In this document: positions 20,715 through 30,978 of the stretch, piece by piece | How positions within the stretch are numbered: the first letter of the stretch is position 1 | How the letters are laid out: every line of letters begins with the position of its first letter | NCBI GenBank assembly: GCA_019358915.1 | Contig: JAHHIM010000020.1 | Coordinates: 1-64,000, forward strand | Direction: 5' to 3' | Length of the DNA: 64,000 nt | Source: Trichormus sp. ATA11-4-KO1 | Lineage (GTDB): Bacteria; Cyanobacteriota; Cyanobacteriia; Cyanobacteriales; Nostocaceae | Translations under genes and position numbers: made by a program | The notes under the pieces: model-generated | What the model saw: only the letters and a program-made list of their open reading frames with translations | Told to the model about the DNA's origin: nothing | The model's database searches: none

Positions 20715-23700
20715 ATGGACAACACAAAAGACAAACTTTTACAACGACGATCAAAGCTTTCACCTGCTCAGCGCGCCCTGCTGGAAAAACGGCTGCGGGG
20801 TGAAGTTGATTCTCAATTAAAAGTCATTCCCAGACGTTCTCAAATAAGTCCTGCGCCCCTATCTTTTGCCCAGCAAAGGTTGTGGTTTCTTCATCAATTA
20901 GATCCCGATAATCCTTACTATAGTGAGCTAGCGTGTGTACAGCTCTTGGGTACGCTGAATATAGATGCTCTAGAAAAAAGTTTCAACGAAATTGTGCAAC
21001 GCCATGAAGCCTTACGTACTACTTTTGAGATAGTTGCAGAACAAGCAGTTCAAGTTATTCATCCTACTGTAACTGTCAGAGTTCCAGTGGTGAACTTGCG
21101 CTTAATGCCAGAAGTTGAACGACAAGTACAAATTGAGCAGTTAACCACACAGATAGCTCAAAAACCCTTTGACTTGGCAACTGCTCCGTTATTGCGGACT
21201 ATGCTGCTGCAAATAGATGCACAAGAATATTTACTGCTATTCACGATTCATCATATTGTTGTTGATGGCTGGTCTATTGGATTATTCATTCGTGAATTAG
21301 CCGCACTTTATGAAGCCTTTTCTATAGGCAAAACATCTCCTCTTCCTGAACTTCCTATCCAGTATGCAGACTTTGCCATTTGGCAACGTCAGTGGTTGCA
21401 AGGGGAATTACAAAAGACGCAACTTGATTATTGGAAGCAACAGTTGGCAGGCGCTGCAACCTTGGTTTTACCCACAGATAGACCAAGGCCAGCAGTCCAA
21501 AGCTTCCGAGGTGCAGTGGCTTCTTTTGAGCTATCAGCAAGCTTAACTGATATGCTTAGGGATTTGAGCAACGCCGAAGGGGTAACCCTGTTTATGACTC
21601 TTTTGGCTGCGTTTCAAGCTTTACTTTACCGTTACACAGGGCAAGAAGACATTTGCGTTGGTTCCCCAATTGCAAACCGCAACCAAAGCGAGATTCAAGG
21701 GTTGATTGGTTTTTTTGTCAATACCCTTGTGCTGCGAACTCATCTTTCTGGTAATCCCTCTTTTTTGGAATTGTTGAATCGAGTGCGCGAGGTATGCGTA
21801 GGTGGGTATGCCCATGCAGATATACCTTTTGAGCAGTTGGTAGAAGAACTGCAACCAGAAAGAAACCTCAGTCATATGCCTTTGTTTCAGGTAATGTTTG
21901 CCTTACAGGAAGATACCCAAAAGGAATTGACACTACCTGGTTTAAGTTTGAATTGGCTACCTGCGGATACTCGGACTGCTAGGTTTGATTTAACTCTGCA
22001 CATTGTAGATGCTAAACCAGAATTGAGGGGGTTATTAGAATACAGAACCGATTTGTTTGATACTGCAACTATTACTCGGATAGTAAAGCATTTTCAGACT
22101 TTACTAGAAGGGATTATAGCAAATCCACAAGCAAGGTTATCCGACTTACCACTATTGACGGCTGATGAGTTACATCAGCAATTACTGGAGTGGAATAATA
22201 CAAAAGTTGAATATCCTCAACAGCAATGCATTCATCAGTTATTTGAAGCGCAAGTAGAACGCACACCTGATGCAATAGCAGTAGTCTTTGAGGATGAACA
22301 GTTAACTTATTGGGAATTAAATACCAGAGCGAATCAATTAGCACACTATTTGCGATCGCTGGGAGTAAAACCAGAGGTATTGGTGGGGATTTGTGTGGAG
22401 CGTTCCTTGGATATGGTTATCGGACTATTAGCCATCCTCAAAGCTGGTGGCGCATACGTACCCCTAGATCCAAACTATCCCAAAGAACGATTAGCATTTA
22501 TCCTAAAAGACACTCAGGCTCCAGTGTTACTAACTCAAGCATCTCTTATGGAAGTAATGCCGCAACACAAAGCTCAAGTTGTTTCTTTAGATACTGATTG
22601 GCATCTGATTGAACAACAAAGTCCAGACAATTTATTCTCTCAACTAACTCCTGATAACCTGGCTTATATCATTTATACCTCTGGTTCAACAGGCAGACCC
22701 AAAGGTGTAATGATTAAACACAGTAGCACAGTTGCAATGTTGAATTGGGCAAACAAAACCTACACAATTGAAGATAGGAAAGGAGTTTTGGCATCCACTT
22801 CAATTTGCTTCGACCTTTCGGTTTTTGAGTTGTTTGTGCCTCTGTGTTGCGGTGGCAAGCTTATTTTAATTGAGAATGCCCTATATTTATCAACTTTGCC
22901 AACAGCCTTTAATGTAACCTTAATTAATACTGTCCCAAGTATAATTTTACAGTTATTCAAAAATAATGCTATTCCAACTTCAGTCCAGACTGTGAATTTA
23001 GCAGGAGAAGCACTTCACAATCAACTCGTACAGCAACTTTATTGCCAGGATAATATAAAACAAATATTTAACTTATATGGGCCTTCTGAAGATACAACTT
23101 ATTCAACTTCGGCTTGGATACACAAGGGTACTAACAACACCCCACCGATTGGTTTCCCAATTCACAACACGCAGACTTATTTGTTAGATCAGAATTTACA
23201 ACTTGTTCCTATAGGCGTACCAGGAATGTTGTATGTTGGCGGTGCAGGTTTAGCCCGTGGTTATCTAAACAAACCAGAACTGACTGCGGAGAAATTTATT
23301 CCCAATCCTTACACAAAATTGCCAGGGGAAAGGTTATATAAAACTGGAGATTTAGCCCGCTATTTACCAAATGGAGAACTAGAATACATTGGTCGCATTG
23401 ACTATCAAGTAAAAGTTCGTGGTTTCCGTATTGAAATAGGAGAAATTGAAGCATTTATTCTTCAGCATCTGGGAGTACAAGAAGCTGTAGTTACAGTTCA
23501 TTCTTCGGCAACAGATTCTCAACAAATAGTTGCCTATGTAGTCCCCAAATCCCAGCAAACGCCAACGATTTCTGAACTACGCAGTTTTTTGAAAACTAAG
23601 TTGCCAAACTACATGGTGCCAACAGCTTTTGTTATCTTGCAGGCACTACCTCTGACACCTAATGGTAAGATTGACCGTAAGGCATTAAAAGCACCTGATA

Positions 23701-25391
23701 CAGCAAGAAATCAAGATAAAGAACTAGTAATACCGCGTAATTGTCTAGAAGCCAAGCTGACAGAAATTTGGGTAGATGTGCTGGGCGTGGAACAAGTGGG
23801 TATTTTCGATAACTTTTTTGAATTAGGTGGGGATTCTATCCTTGCCATTGTAGTTATTACCAGAGCTAACCAAGCAGGTTTAAAACTGACCGTTAAACAG
23901 TTATTTCAACATCAAACAGTTGCCGATTTGACATCTGTAGCAGTAACAAAAAAGGTAACCCAAGCTGAACAAGGGCTGATAACAGGTTTAGTCTTTCTCA
24001 CACCGATCCAGAAATGGTTCTTTGAACAAAATCTCCTCGCACCCCATCACTGGAACCAAGCAGTTTTACTAGAAGTTAAACATGTTCTTGACCTAGCTGT
24101 ATTAGAAAAATCCATACAGCAATTGTTATTACACCATGATGCTCTCCGCTTACGATTTGAGCAAACAGAGTCTGGTTGGCAGCAGATTATAGCTAGCTTA
24201 GATGTAAAAATCCCCTTAATACATTTGGATTTCTCTGATTTATCAGAAAACGAACAGGAACTAGCCATCGAAGCAGCAGCCACCAAATTACAAGCTAGTT
24301 TGAATCTCTCAGATGGTTTACTAATGCGAGTTGCTTTGTTTGACTTAGGGTATCGACCAAGGCATTTGTTGATTATCATCCATCATTTAGTTGTAGATGG
24401 CGTTTCTTGGCGGATTTTACTGGAAGATTTGGAGACAGTATACCAACAATTCAATCAAGGCAAAAAGATACAACTGCCATCAAAGACAACTTCGTGGAAA
24501 TATTGGTCGCAATGCCTACAAGAATATGCACAATCAACTACTCTTGAGCAAGAATGGGACTATTGGCTGCGAGAATCTTGGCAACAGATTACTCCTTTAC
24601 CAGTTGATTTTTCTGACGGTGAAAATACAGTAGCTTCGACTCAAAACATCTCAATTGTTCTGACGGTAGAACAGACTCAAGCCTTACTAAAAAAAGTGCC
24701 AAAAGCTTATAATACACAAATTAACGATGTCTTGCTCACGGCACTAGTACAAGCTTTTTATCAATGGACTGGGAAGAATTTTGTATTACTAGCTCTAGAA
24801 GGTCATGGGCGAGAAGAAATTTTCGCTGGTGTCGATTTGTCACGCACGGTAGGTTGGTTTACATCGATTTTTCCAGTGCTATTAGATTTGAGGGAAACGT
24901 CTCATCCTATAGAGGCGTTGAAATTAATTAAAGAGCAACTGCGGGGTATTCCCAATAAAGGCATGGGTTATGGTGTCCTACGTTATTTGAGTCAGAATAA
25001 TCCAAAAGTTGAGTTATTGCGATCGCTTCCCCAACCTGAGGTAGTCTTCAATTACTTAGGTCAGTTCGATCAAACATTTTCAGACTCATCAATATTTAAA
25101 ATTTCTCAGGACGCTCAAGGACAAACACGCAATTCGTTGAACGGGGAAGCCTATATCCTCAGTATCGATGCTTTGGTAATTGATCAGCAATTAAGAATAA
25201 ATTGGACTTACAGCGAAAAAATACATCGACGAAGCACGATTGAAAGACTAGCACAAGGATTTTTAGAAGCATTACAAACACTCATCACTCATTGCCAATC
25301 TCCTGAAATTGGCGGATATACACCTTCTGATTTTCCAGAAGCAGACTTGAGTCAAGAAGATTTGGAACGGTTTTTAGAAAGAATCAATTAA
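20715..25391 (+). CDS. NRPS: C-A(Ala)-PCP-E (D-Ala module) with C-terminal COM tail
   Basis: C HHIVVDG; code DLFNNALTYK (Ala); PCP GGDSI; E motifs LTPIQKWF, HHLVVDGVSW, EGHGRE, RTVGWFT, FNYLGQFD; tail YTPSDFP. Confidence 0.92.
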   Translation: MDNTKDKLLQRRSKLSPAQRALLEKRLRGEVDSQLKVIPRRSQISPAPLSFAQQRLWFLHQLDPDNPYYSELACVQLLGTLNIDALEKSFNEIVQRHEALRTTFEIVAEQAVQVIHPTVTVRVPVVNLRLMPEVERQVQIEQLTTQIAQKPFDLATAPLLRTMLLQIDAQEYLLLFTIHHIVVDGWSIGLFIRELAALYEAFSIGKTSPLPELPIQYADFAIWQRQWLQGELQKTQLDYWKQQLAGAATLVLPTDRPRPAVQSFRGAVASFELSASLTDMLRDLSNAEGVTLFMTLLAAFQALLYRYTGQEDICVGSPIANRNQSEIQGLIGFFVNTLVLRTHLSGNPSFLELLNRVREVCVGGYAHADIPFEQLVEELQPERNLSHMPLFQVMFALQEDTQKELTLPGLSLNWLPADTRTARFDLTLHIVDAKPELRGLLEYRTDLFDTATITRIVKHFQTLLEGIIANPQARLSDLPLLTADELHQQLLEWNNTKVEYPQQQCIHQLFEAQVERTPDAIAVVFEDEQLTYWELNTRANQLAHYLRSLGVKPEVLVGICVERSLDMVIGLLAILKAGGAYVPLDPNYPKERLAFILKDTQAPVLLTQASLMEVMPQHKAQVVSLDTDWHLIEQQSPDNLFSQLTPDNLAYIIYTSGSTGRPKGVMIKHSSTVAMLNWANKTYTIEDRKGVLASTSICFDLSVFELFVPLCCGGKLILIENALYLSTLPTAFNVTLINTVPSIILQLFKNNAIPTSVQTVNLAGEALHNQLVQQLYCQDNIKQIFNLYGPSEDTTYSTSAWIHKGTNNTPPIGFPIHNTQTYLLDQNLQLVPIGVPGMLYVGGAGLARGYLNKPELTAEKFIPNPYTKLPGERLYKTGDLARYLPNGELEYIGRIDYQVKVRGFRIEIGEIEAFILQHLGVQEAVVTVHSSATDSQQIVAYVVPKSQQTPTISELRSFLKTKLPNYMVPTAFVILQALPLTPNGKIDRKALKAPDTARNQDKELVIPRNCLEAKLTEIWVDVLGVEQVGIFDNFFELGGDSILAIVVITRANQAGLKLTVKQLFQHQTVADLTSVAVTKKVTQAEQGLITGLVFLTPIQKWFFEQNLLAPHHWNQAVLLEVKHVLDLAVLEKSIQQLLLHHDALRLRFEQTESGWQQIIASLDVKIPLIHLDFSDLSENEQELAIEAAATKLQASLNLSDGLLMRVALFDLGYRPRHLLIIIHHLVVDGVSWRILLEDLETVYQQFNQGKKIQLPSKTTSWKYWSQCLQEYAQSTTLEQEWDYWLRESWQQITPLPVDFSDGENTVASTQNISIVLTVEQTQALLKKVPKAYNTQINDVLLTALVQAFYQWTGKNFVLLALEGHGREEIFAGVDLSRTVGWFTSIFPVLLDLRETSHPIEALKLIKEQLRGIPNKGMGYGVLRYLSQNNPKVELLRSLPQPEVVFNYLGQFDQTFSDSSIFKISQDAQGQTRNSLNGEAYILSIDALVIDQQLRINWTYSEKIHRRSTIERLAQGFLEALQTLITHCQSPEIGGYTPSDFPEADLSQEDLERFLERIN

Positions 25392-25411
25392 GAAGGTAAA
25401 AATTAAACAAA

Positions 25412-26809
25412 ATGAGAGAAAATATCGAAGATATATACCCCCTATCTCCCATACAGCATGGTATGCTGTTTCACAGGTTGCAAGCCCCAGAAATGGGACT
25501 ATATCATATACAATTAGTCTATACTTTCAGTGGCAATCTCAACATTGCTGCATTTATATACGCTTGGCAGCAAGTCACAAACCGCCACACAATCTTGCGT
25601 ACAAGCTTCTATTGGGAAGAATTAGATAAACCATTACAAGTGGTGCATCAACAAGTAGAAGTACCTGTAGAGTACCAAAATTGGCGACAACTTGAGCAAT
25701 TTGAACAACAAGAGCGTTTAAAGTCTTTTCTTGATAGCGATCGCCTACAGAGTTTTGATTTTTCCCAAGCACCTCTAATGCGTGTGGCTATCATCCAAAT
25801 TCAGGAAAACTCCTACTATCTTGTTTGGAGTCATAACCTAATTATTCTAGATGGTTGGTCATATCCATTAGTATTAAATGATGTGATTGAAATTTATGAA
25901 GCGTGCTGTCTTGGTCAAGATGCGCCCTTATCCAAGGGTAGTTGCTTTAAAGATTACATAAAATGGCTCAAACAGCAAGATTTAGTAAAAGCTGAGGAGT
26001 TTTGGCGACAGCAACTCCGTGGAGTCAAACAACCAACTCCTTTAACTAACTTATACTCAAATACCTCATCCAATGAAGAAAACTATGAGGATATACAAAT
26101 TAGCCTATCTCAAGAAACTACAAATAATCTAAATTTATTGGCAAGACAGCATCACCTCACCATGAATACTCTAGTTCAGGGAGCTTGGGCTATACTTCTG
26201 TATTACTACAGTGGCAAAAATGATGTAGTCTATGGCTGTACTACTTCTGGTCGTCCAGTAGATTTAGAGGGTTCGGAATCAATGGTAGGGGAAATGGTTA
26301 ATACCTTACCAGTACATGTCAAGGTAAACATGGATGAGTATTTATTACCTTGGCTGCAAGAATTACAAAATCAATTAATAGATATTCGTGAGTATGAATA
26401 TTACCCGTTGGTAAATATTCAAAAATGCAGCAAAGTGCCAGGAAATGTGCCTTTATTTGAAAGCATCGTGGTGTTTGAGAATCAAAAAACAGGCAAATTT
26501 TTGGAACAATGGGGAAGTTTAAACATCTGTGAGAGAATTAACTTTTACAAAACTAACTATCCTCTAACTATAGTTGGATATCCTGGCTCAGAACTGACAC
26601 TCGGAATTAATTATGATTTTCACCGCTTTGATGCGGCAACAATCATGAATATATTGGAACATCTAAAGAGACTGCTTGAAGGCATAGTGACGAATCCGCA
26701 AGTATGTCTTCAAAAATTATTGTTGTTTATAGAACAAAAACGCCACATTGAATTATTAAGTTTAGAAACAGAAATGTCATTAGATTTTGATTTTGTGTCA
26801 ACCAATTAA
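25412..26809 (+). CDS. Stand-alone DCL-like condensation domain lacking the catalytic His
   Basis: N-terminal ENIEDIYPLSPIQHGMLFH; active-site region WSHNLIILDGWS instead of HHxxxDG. Confidence 0.85.
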   Translation: MRENIEDIYPLSPIQHGMLFHRLQAPEMGLYHIQLVYTFSGNLNIAAFIYAWQQVTNRHTILRTSFYWEELDKPLQVVHQQVEVPVEYQNWRQLEQFEQQERLKSFLDSDRLQSFDFSQAPLMRVAIIQIQENSYYLVWSHNLIILDGWSYPLVLNDVIEIYEACCLGQDAPLSKGSCFKDYIKWLKQQDLVKAEEFWRQQLRGVKQPTPLTNLYSNTSSNEENYEDIQISLSQETTNNLNLLARQHHLTMNTLVQGAWAILLYYYSGKNDVVYGCTTSGRPVDLEGSESMVGEMVNTLPVHVKVNMDEYLLPWLQELQNQLIDIREYEYYPLVNIQKCSKVPGNVPLFESIVVFENQKTGKFLEQWGSLNICERINFYKTNYPLTIVGYPGSELTLGINYDFHRFDAATIMNILEHLKRLLEGIVTNPQVCLQKLLLFIEQKRHIELLSLETEMSLDFDFVSTN

Positions 26810-28140
26810 TGTCAGAAGGCATTATGTTAACATTTGACATCTTCCTAAAAATATTGTGTAATTCATTCAAAAATAATCACACCATGAATATATTTGAAAA
26901 ATGTGAATCAAACGTCAGGAGCTATTGCCGTAATTTTCCCGACATCTTTCATAGAGCTAAAGGTTCTCTCATTTATTCTGACTCAGGTAGAGAGTATATT
27001 GATTTTTTTGCGGGAGCAGGTGCTTTAAATTATGGACATAATCATGACTATATCAAACAAAAGGTCATCTCATATTTAGAAGCTGATGGCATAGCACATG
27101 GTTTAGATATGTATACTTCAGCCAAGGAGAAGTTTTTATCCAAATTTCATGAAATTGTCTTAACTTCAAAAAAACTCGATTATCGCGTTCAGTTTTGTGG
27201 TCCAACAGGAACAAATGCAGTAGAAGCGGCTTTAAAACTAGCGAGAAAAGTCAAACAAAGAACAGGCATATTCTCCTTCATGGGAGCATATCATGGCATG
27301 ACATTAGGCAGCCTATCTATTAGCGGCAACACTACAATTAAATCGAGTGCAATTGGTACATCCAGTAATGTCACATTTATGCCTTATCCCTATGGATTCA
27401 TGGCAAGTTTTGATACAATAGAATATATAGAGTCGGTGTTAAATGATGTCAACTCCGGAATTGAAAAACCAGCAGCAATCATCTTTGAAACAGTGCAAGC
27501 TGAAGGTGGAGTTGTTGTCGCTCCTATTGAATGGATGCAAAGATTAAGAAATTTGTGTGACGAGAATGATATTTTATTGATCTGTGATGATATTCAAGTC
27601 GGCTGTGGTCGAACTGGCTCTTTCTTTTCTTTTGAAAGAGCAGATATTATTCCTGATATGGTAGTACTTTCTAAATCTATTAGTGGATATGGTTTTCCCA
27701 TGTCACTATTATTGATTAAACCAGAATTAGATATCTGGGAACCGGGTGAACATAATGGCACTTTTCGGGGTAATCAATTAGCATTTATCGGCGCAACAGC
27801 AGCTTTAGAGTATAGAGAAAGTAGTAATCTTGAACAAGATGTCAAAGGTAAAGAGCTTCTTTTAAAAAAATTTCTTACTCAAGAAATAGCGCCAATCAAT
27901 GAAAATATAGCTATACGTGGAATTGGTATGATTTGGGGTATTGATGTAAAAAATTTTGGGGGTCAGAGTTTCGCCAAAAGTATCACATCGCGTTGCTTTG
28001 AATTAGGTGTAATAGTTGAATGTGCAGGTAGAAATGATACTGTAATTAAAATTTTACCACCTTTGATAATTGATACAACCACCTTAGAAAAGGGTTGCTC
28101 AATTATTAAAAAAGCTTTTGATGATTGCTTGTCAAATTAA
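26809..28140 (+). CDS. Diaminobutyrate-2-oxoglutarate aminotransferase (class III PLP; EctB/PvdH-like)
   Basis: ESNVRSYCR, DFFAGAGALNYGHN, DDIQVGCGRTG, LSKSISG (PLP Lys), GEHNGTFRGN. True start may be ATG 26884. Confidence 0.9.
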   Translation: MSEGIMLTFDIFLKILCNSFKNNHTMNIFEKCESNVRSYCRNFPDIFHRAKGSLIYSDSGREYIDFFAGAGALNYGHNHDYIKQKVISYLEADGIAHGLDMYTSAKEKFLSKFHEIVLTSKKLDYRVQFCGPTGTNAVEAALKLARKVKQRTGIFSFMGAYHGMTLGSLSISGNTTIKSSAIGTSSNVTFMPYPYGFMASFDTIEYIESVLNDVNSGIEKPAAIIFETVQAEGGVVVAPIEWMQRLRNLCDENDILLICDDIQVGCGRTGSFFSFERADIIPDMVVLSKSISGYGFPMSLLLIKPELDIWEPGEHNGTFRGNQLAFIGATAALEYRESSNLEQDVKGKELLLKKFLTQEIAPINENIAIRGIGMIWGIDVKNFGGQSFAKSITSRCFELGVIVECAGRNDTVIKILPPLIIDTTTLEKGCSIIKKAFDDCLSN

Positions 28141-28186
28141 ATTGACATCCGTTCACACTTCAAAAAAACACTTATCAGGAGAAAAT

Positions 28187-30955
28187 ATGATGCAGACATC
28201 ATACTTTAATGACTTATTATCTCAAAGAATTTACTGGCTAAATAAGTTGTCAGGAGAACTACCAGAAACAAATCTGATGCTGGATTTTGTCAGACCTTTA
28301 GTTTCTAGTAATAAAAACAAATCTCTTAGCTTTAACTTATCAAATGACTTATCTCAAGCCATTATTAAGTTAACTCAAGGTTCTTACTTTTCCACTTACT
28401 GGGTACTAGTATCTGCATTGAATATCTTGCTGCAAAAATACACTCAAAATAATGATGTTATTGTGGGAATACCTATATATGAACAAATTGGTACAGATTG
28501 TGTAAGTAGCAAAGTAATTCCTTTGAGGACTCAGGTAAATCCCCAAGTTTTATGCAAAGATTATCTTTTAACAGTTAAAAAGGAAATTATCAGTGCTTTC
28601 AACAATCAAAACTATCATTTTGATGAATTAATTCAGTTGTTATATCTGCCTACAGTTCCTAATCGTTGCTCACTCTTTGATATAGTAATTTTATTGGAAA
28701 ATATTCATGATAAAAAGCATTTAGGTCAGCTTAATAATGATATTACAATTTCCTTTTCAGTCAACCCTGAAGGTATTAATGGCTATATTGAGTATAAAGA
28801 AGATTTATTTAAAGATGAAAATATAAAATTGGTAAGTAGATATTATACTAATGTTATTGCAAATCTGATTGATAACTTAAATGTCAAAATATCGGATATT
28901 GCTTTATTAAAAGACGCAGATAAACACCAGCTATTAACAAAATTCAATGACAATAGTAAAGACTATCCAATTGAGCAGACAATTAATCAATTATTTGAAC
29001 AGCAGGTAGCCAAAAATCCCAACAAAATAGCTGTTATTCATAACTCAAACAAATTAACTTATCAAGAACTCAATCAAAAAGCTAACCAAATTGCCAAATT
29101 ATTGCGGAAATCAGGAATTAAGAAAGGTGAGTTTGTAGGAATTTTTAAAAGCCGTGATCTCAATTTTTTGGTAGCGATTCTGGCAGTATATAAAGCAGGT
29201 GGAGCATACGTACCTATTGATAGTACTTATCCGCCAAATCGAATTCAATATATGCTATCTAATAGCAATGTCAGGTTTTTATTCACAGATTTTTCACTAC
29301 TAAATGTTTTAGAACAATTGGTGGGAGAGTGTGAAAAATTGGAGTCTATTATTTGTTTAGATGATGTAACTCCTGAACATCTATCGCTTACAAATCAGTC
29401 TAATTTAAATATATATAATAAATATAATTATTATCAGTTACCTCATGACAACATAGAAAATATTAATAATGCTGTAGACCCAGCTTATATGCTTTATACT
29501 TCTGGGTCTACAGGACTACCCAAAGGGGCAATTGTCAGACATGACGGTGCAATTAATCATATTTATGCTCAATTTGATGCTTTAGAATTAAATGAAGAGT
29601 TTTGTTTCCTGCAAAGTGCGCCTGCTTCAACTGATATTTCTGTTTGGCAATTTCTGGCACCAATTTTAATTGGAGGAAAGACTGTAATTATCGATATTGA
29701 AACTGTGGCAATTCCTGAAAAATTATTTAAAGTAATTAAATCCGAGAAAATTACAGTTGTAGAATTAGTACCAACATTATTTGGAGGTTTACTAGAGTAT
29801 ACTTCCCAACTACGAAGCCATGAAAGAGTATTACCAGATTTAAAGTGGATGATGTTATCTGGTGAATCTGTTTCAATTCAATGGGTAAATAAATGGTTGG
29901 AAATGTACCCAGAAATTAAAATTGCTAATGCTTATGGACCGACAGAGGCCTCTGATGATATTACTCAATTAATTGTGGACAAGCCTTTTCCTGAGAACCA
30001 AAGAACAGTTCCCATTGGTAAACCATTAGCCAACTTAAATCTCTATATTTTAGATGAGGAAATGCAATTATTACCTATTGGCGCTCCTGGAGAAATTTGT
30101 GTATCGGGAATTGGTGTAGGTAATGGATACTGGAAAAACGAAGAAAAAACCAAATTAAGTTTTGTTCCTAACCCCTTTACAGATGCTAATAATGATTTCC
30201 CGGGAAATTGCAGAGATTTAATTTATAAAACTGGAGATTTAGGAAGATGGCTACCTGATGGCAATATTGAATTTCTGGGACGTATTGATCATCAGGTAAA
30301 AATTCGTGGTTTTCGGGTAGAATTGGGTGAAATTGAAACGTTTTTAGGTCAACATCCACTCGTACGTGAAAATATAGTTTTAGTTCAGCAAGAAGAAACA
30401 GGTAACGCTCAATTACTTGCTTATGTGGTGGCAAAAACGGAAGTAGTTCCTAGTATTAGTGAATTGCGTAGCTTTTTGAAGGAAAAATTACCTGATCACA
30501 TGATTCCTTCTATTTTTGTAATGTTGGAAAATCTTCCGTTGGCACCAAGTGGTAAAGTAGACCGTAAAACTTTACCTCAAGCAGATAATCTGCGTCCGGA
30601 ACTAGAAACAGCTTATATATCTCCGCGAAATGAGATAGAGCGAATAGTTGCCGATATTTGGCAGAAAATACTGAAAGTAGAAAAAGTCGGTATTCAAGAT
30701 AACTTTTTTGACCTTGGTGGTCATTCGCTAAATATGCTTCAGGTTTACAGTAAACTGCGGGAACTTTTTAAAGCTGACTTAGCAATAACTGATCTGTTTA
30801 AATATCCCACAATTAACTCAATATCTAGATATTTAAGTCAAGAAGAAGATAATAATATCCTTGACAAACAAAGTAATGAATTAAACGAAGAATTGGCAGT
30901 AGGCAAAATTAGATTAAAACAACGATTTTTACGCAATCAACAACAAAATACCTAA
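28187..30955 (+). CDS. NRPS: truncated C (C-terminal lobe only)-A(Dab)-PCP
   Basis: Begins at YWLNKLSGELP, a mid-C-domain motif; code DIWEMSADDK (Dab-like); PCP GGHSL. AGGAG precedes ATG 28187 (ORF track start 28118). Confidence 0.88.
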   Translation: MMQTSYFNDLLSQRIYWLNKLSGELPETNLMLDFVRPLVSSNKNKSLSFNLSNDLSQAIIKLTQGSYFSTYWVLVSALNILLQKYTQNNDVIVGIPIYEQIGTDCVSSKVIPLRTQVNPQVLCKDYLLTVKKEIISAFNNQNYHFDELIQLLYLPTVPNRCSLFDIVILLENIHDKKHLGQLNNDITISFSVNPEGINGYIEYKEDLFKDENIKLVSRYYTNVIANLIDNLNVKISDIALLKDADKHQLLTKFNDNSKDYPIEQTINQLFEQQVAKNPNKIAVIHNSNKLTYQELNQKANQIAKLLRKSGIKKGEFVGIFKSRDLNFLVAILAVYKAGGAYVPIDSTYPPNRIQYMLSNSNVRFLFTDFSLLNVLEQLVGECEKLESIICLDDVTPEHLSLTNQSNLNIYNKYNYYQLPHDNIENINNAVDPAYMLYTSGSTGLPKGAIVRHDGAINHIYAQFDALELNEEFCFLQSAPASTDISVWQFLAPILIGGKTVIIDIETVAIPEKLFKVIKSEKITVVELVPTLFGGLLEYTSQLRSHERVLPDLKWMMLSGESVSIQWVNKWLEMYPEIKIANAYGPTEASDDITQLIVDKPFPENQRTVPIGKPLANLNLYILDEEMQLLPIGAPGEICVSGIGVGNGYWKNEEKTKLSFVPNPFTDANNDFPGNCRDLIYKTGDLGRWLPDGNIEFLGRIDHQVKIRGFRVELGEIETFLGQHPLVRENIVLVQQEETGNAQLLAYVVAKTEVVPSISELRSFLKEKLPDHMIPSIFVMLENLPLAPSGKVDRKTLPQADNLRPELETAYISPRNEIERIVADIWQKILKVEKVGIQDNFFDLGGHSLNMLQVYSKLRELFKADLAITDLFKYPTINSISRYLSQEEDNNILDKQSNELNEELAVGKIRLKQRFLRNQQQNT

Positions 30956-30978
30956 CAAATAATTAGTAATATACAATT

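Noticed and set aside
26809..28140. Ectoine biosynthesis (ectB)
   Set aside because: No ectA or ectC; the adjacent Dab-type A domains explain the gene.
28118..28900. Pseudogene or frameshift explanation for the truncated C domain
   Set aside because: The same truncation point recurs at 47295, the ORFs are intact, and no missing N-lobe sequence lies upstream.
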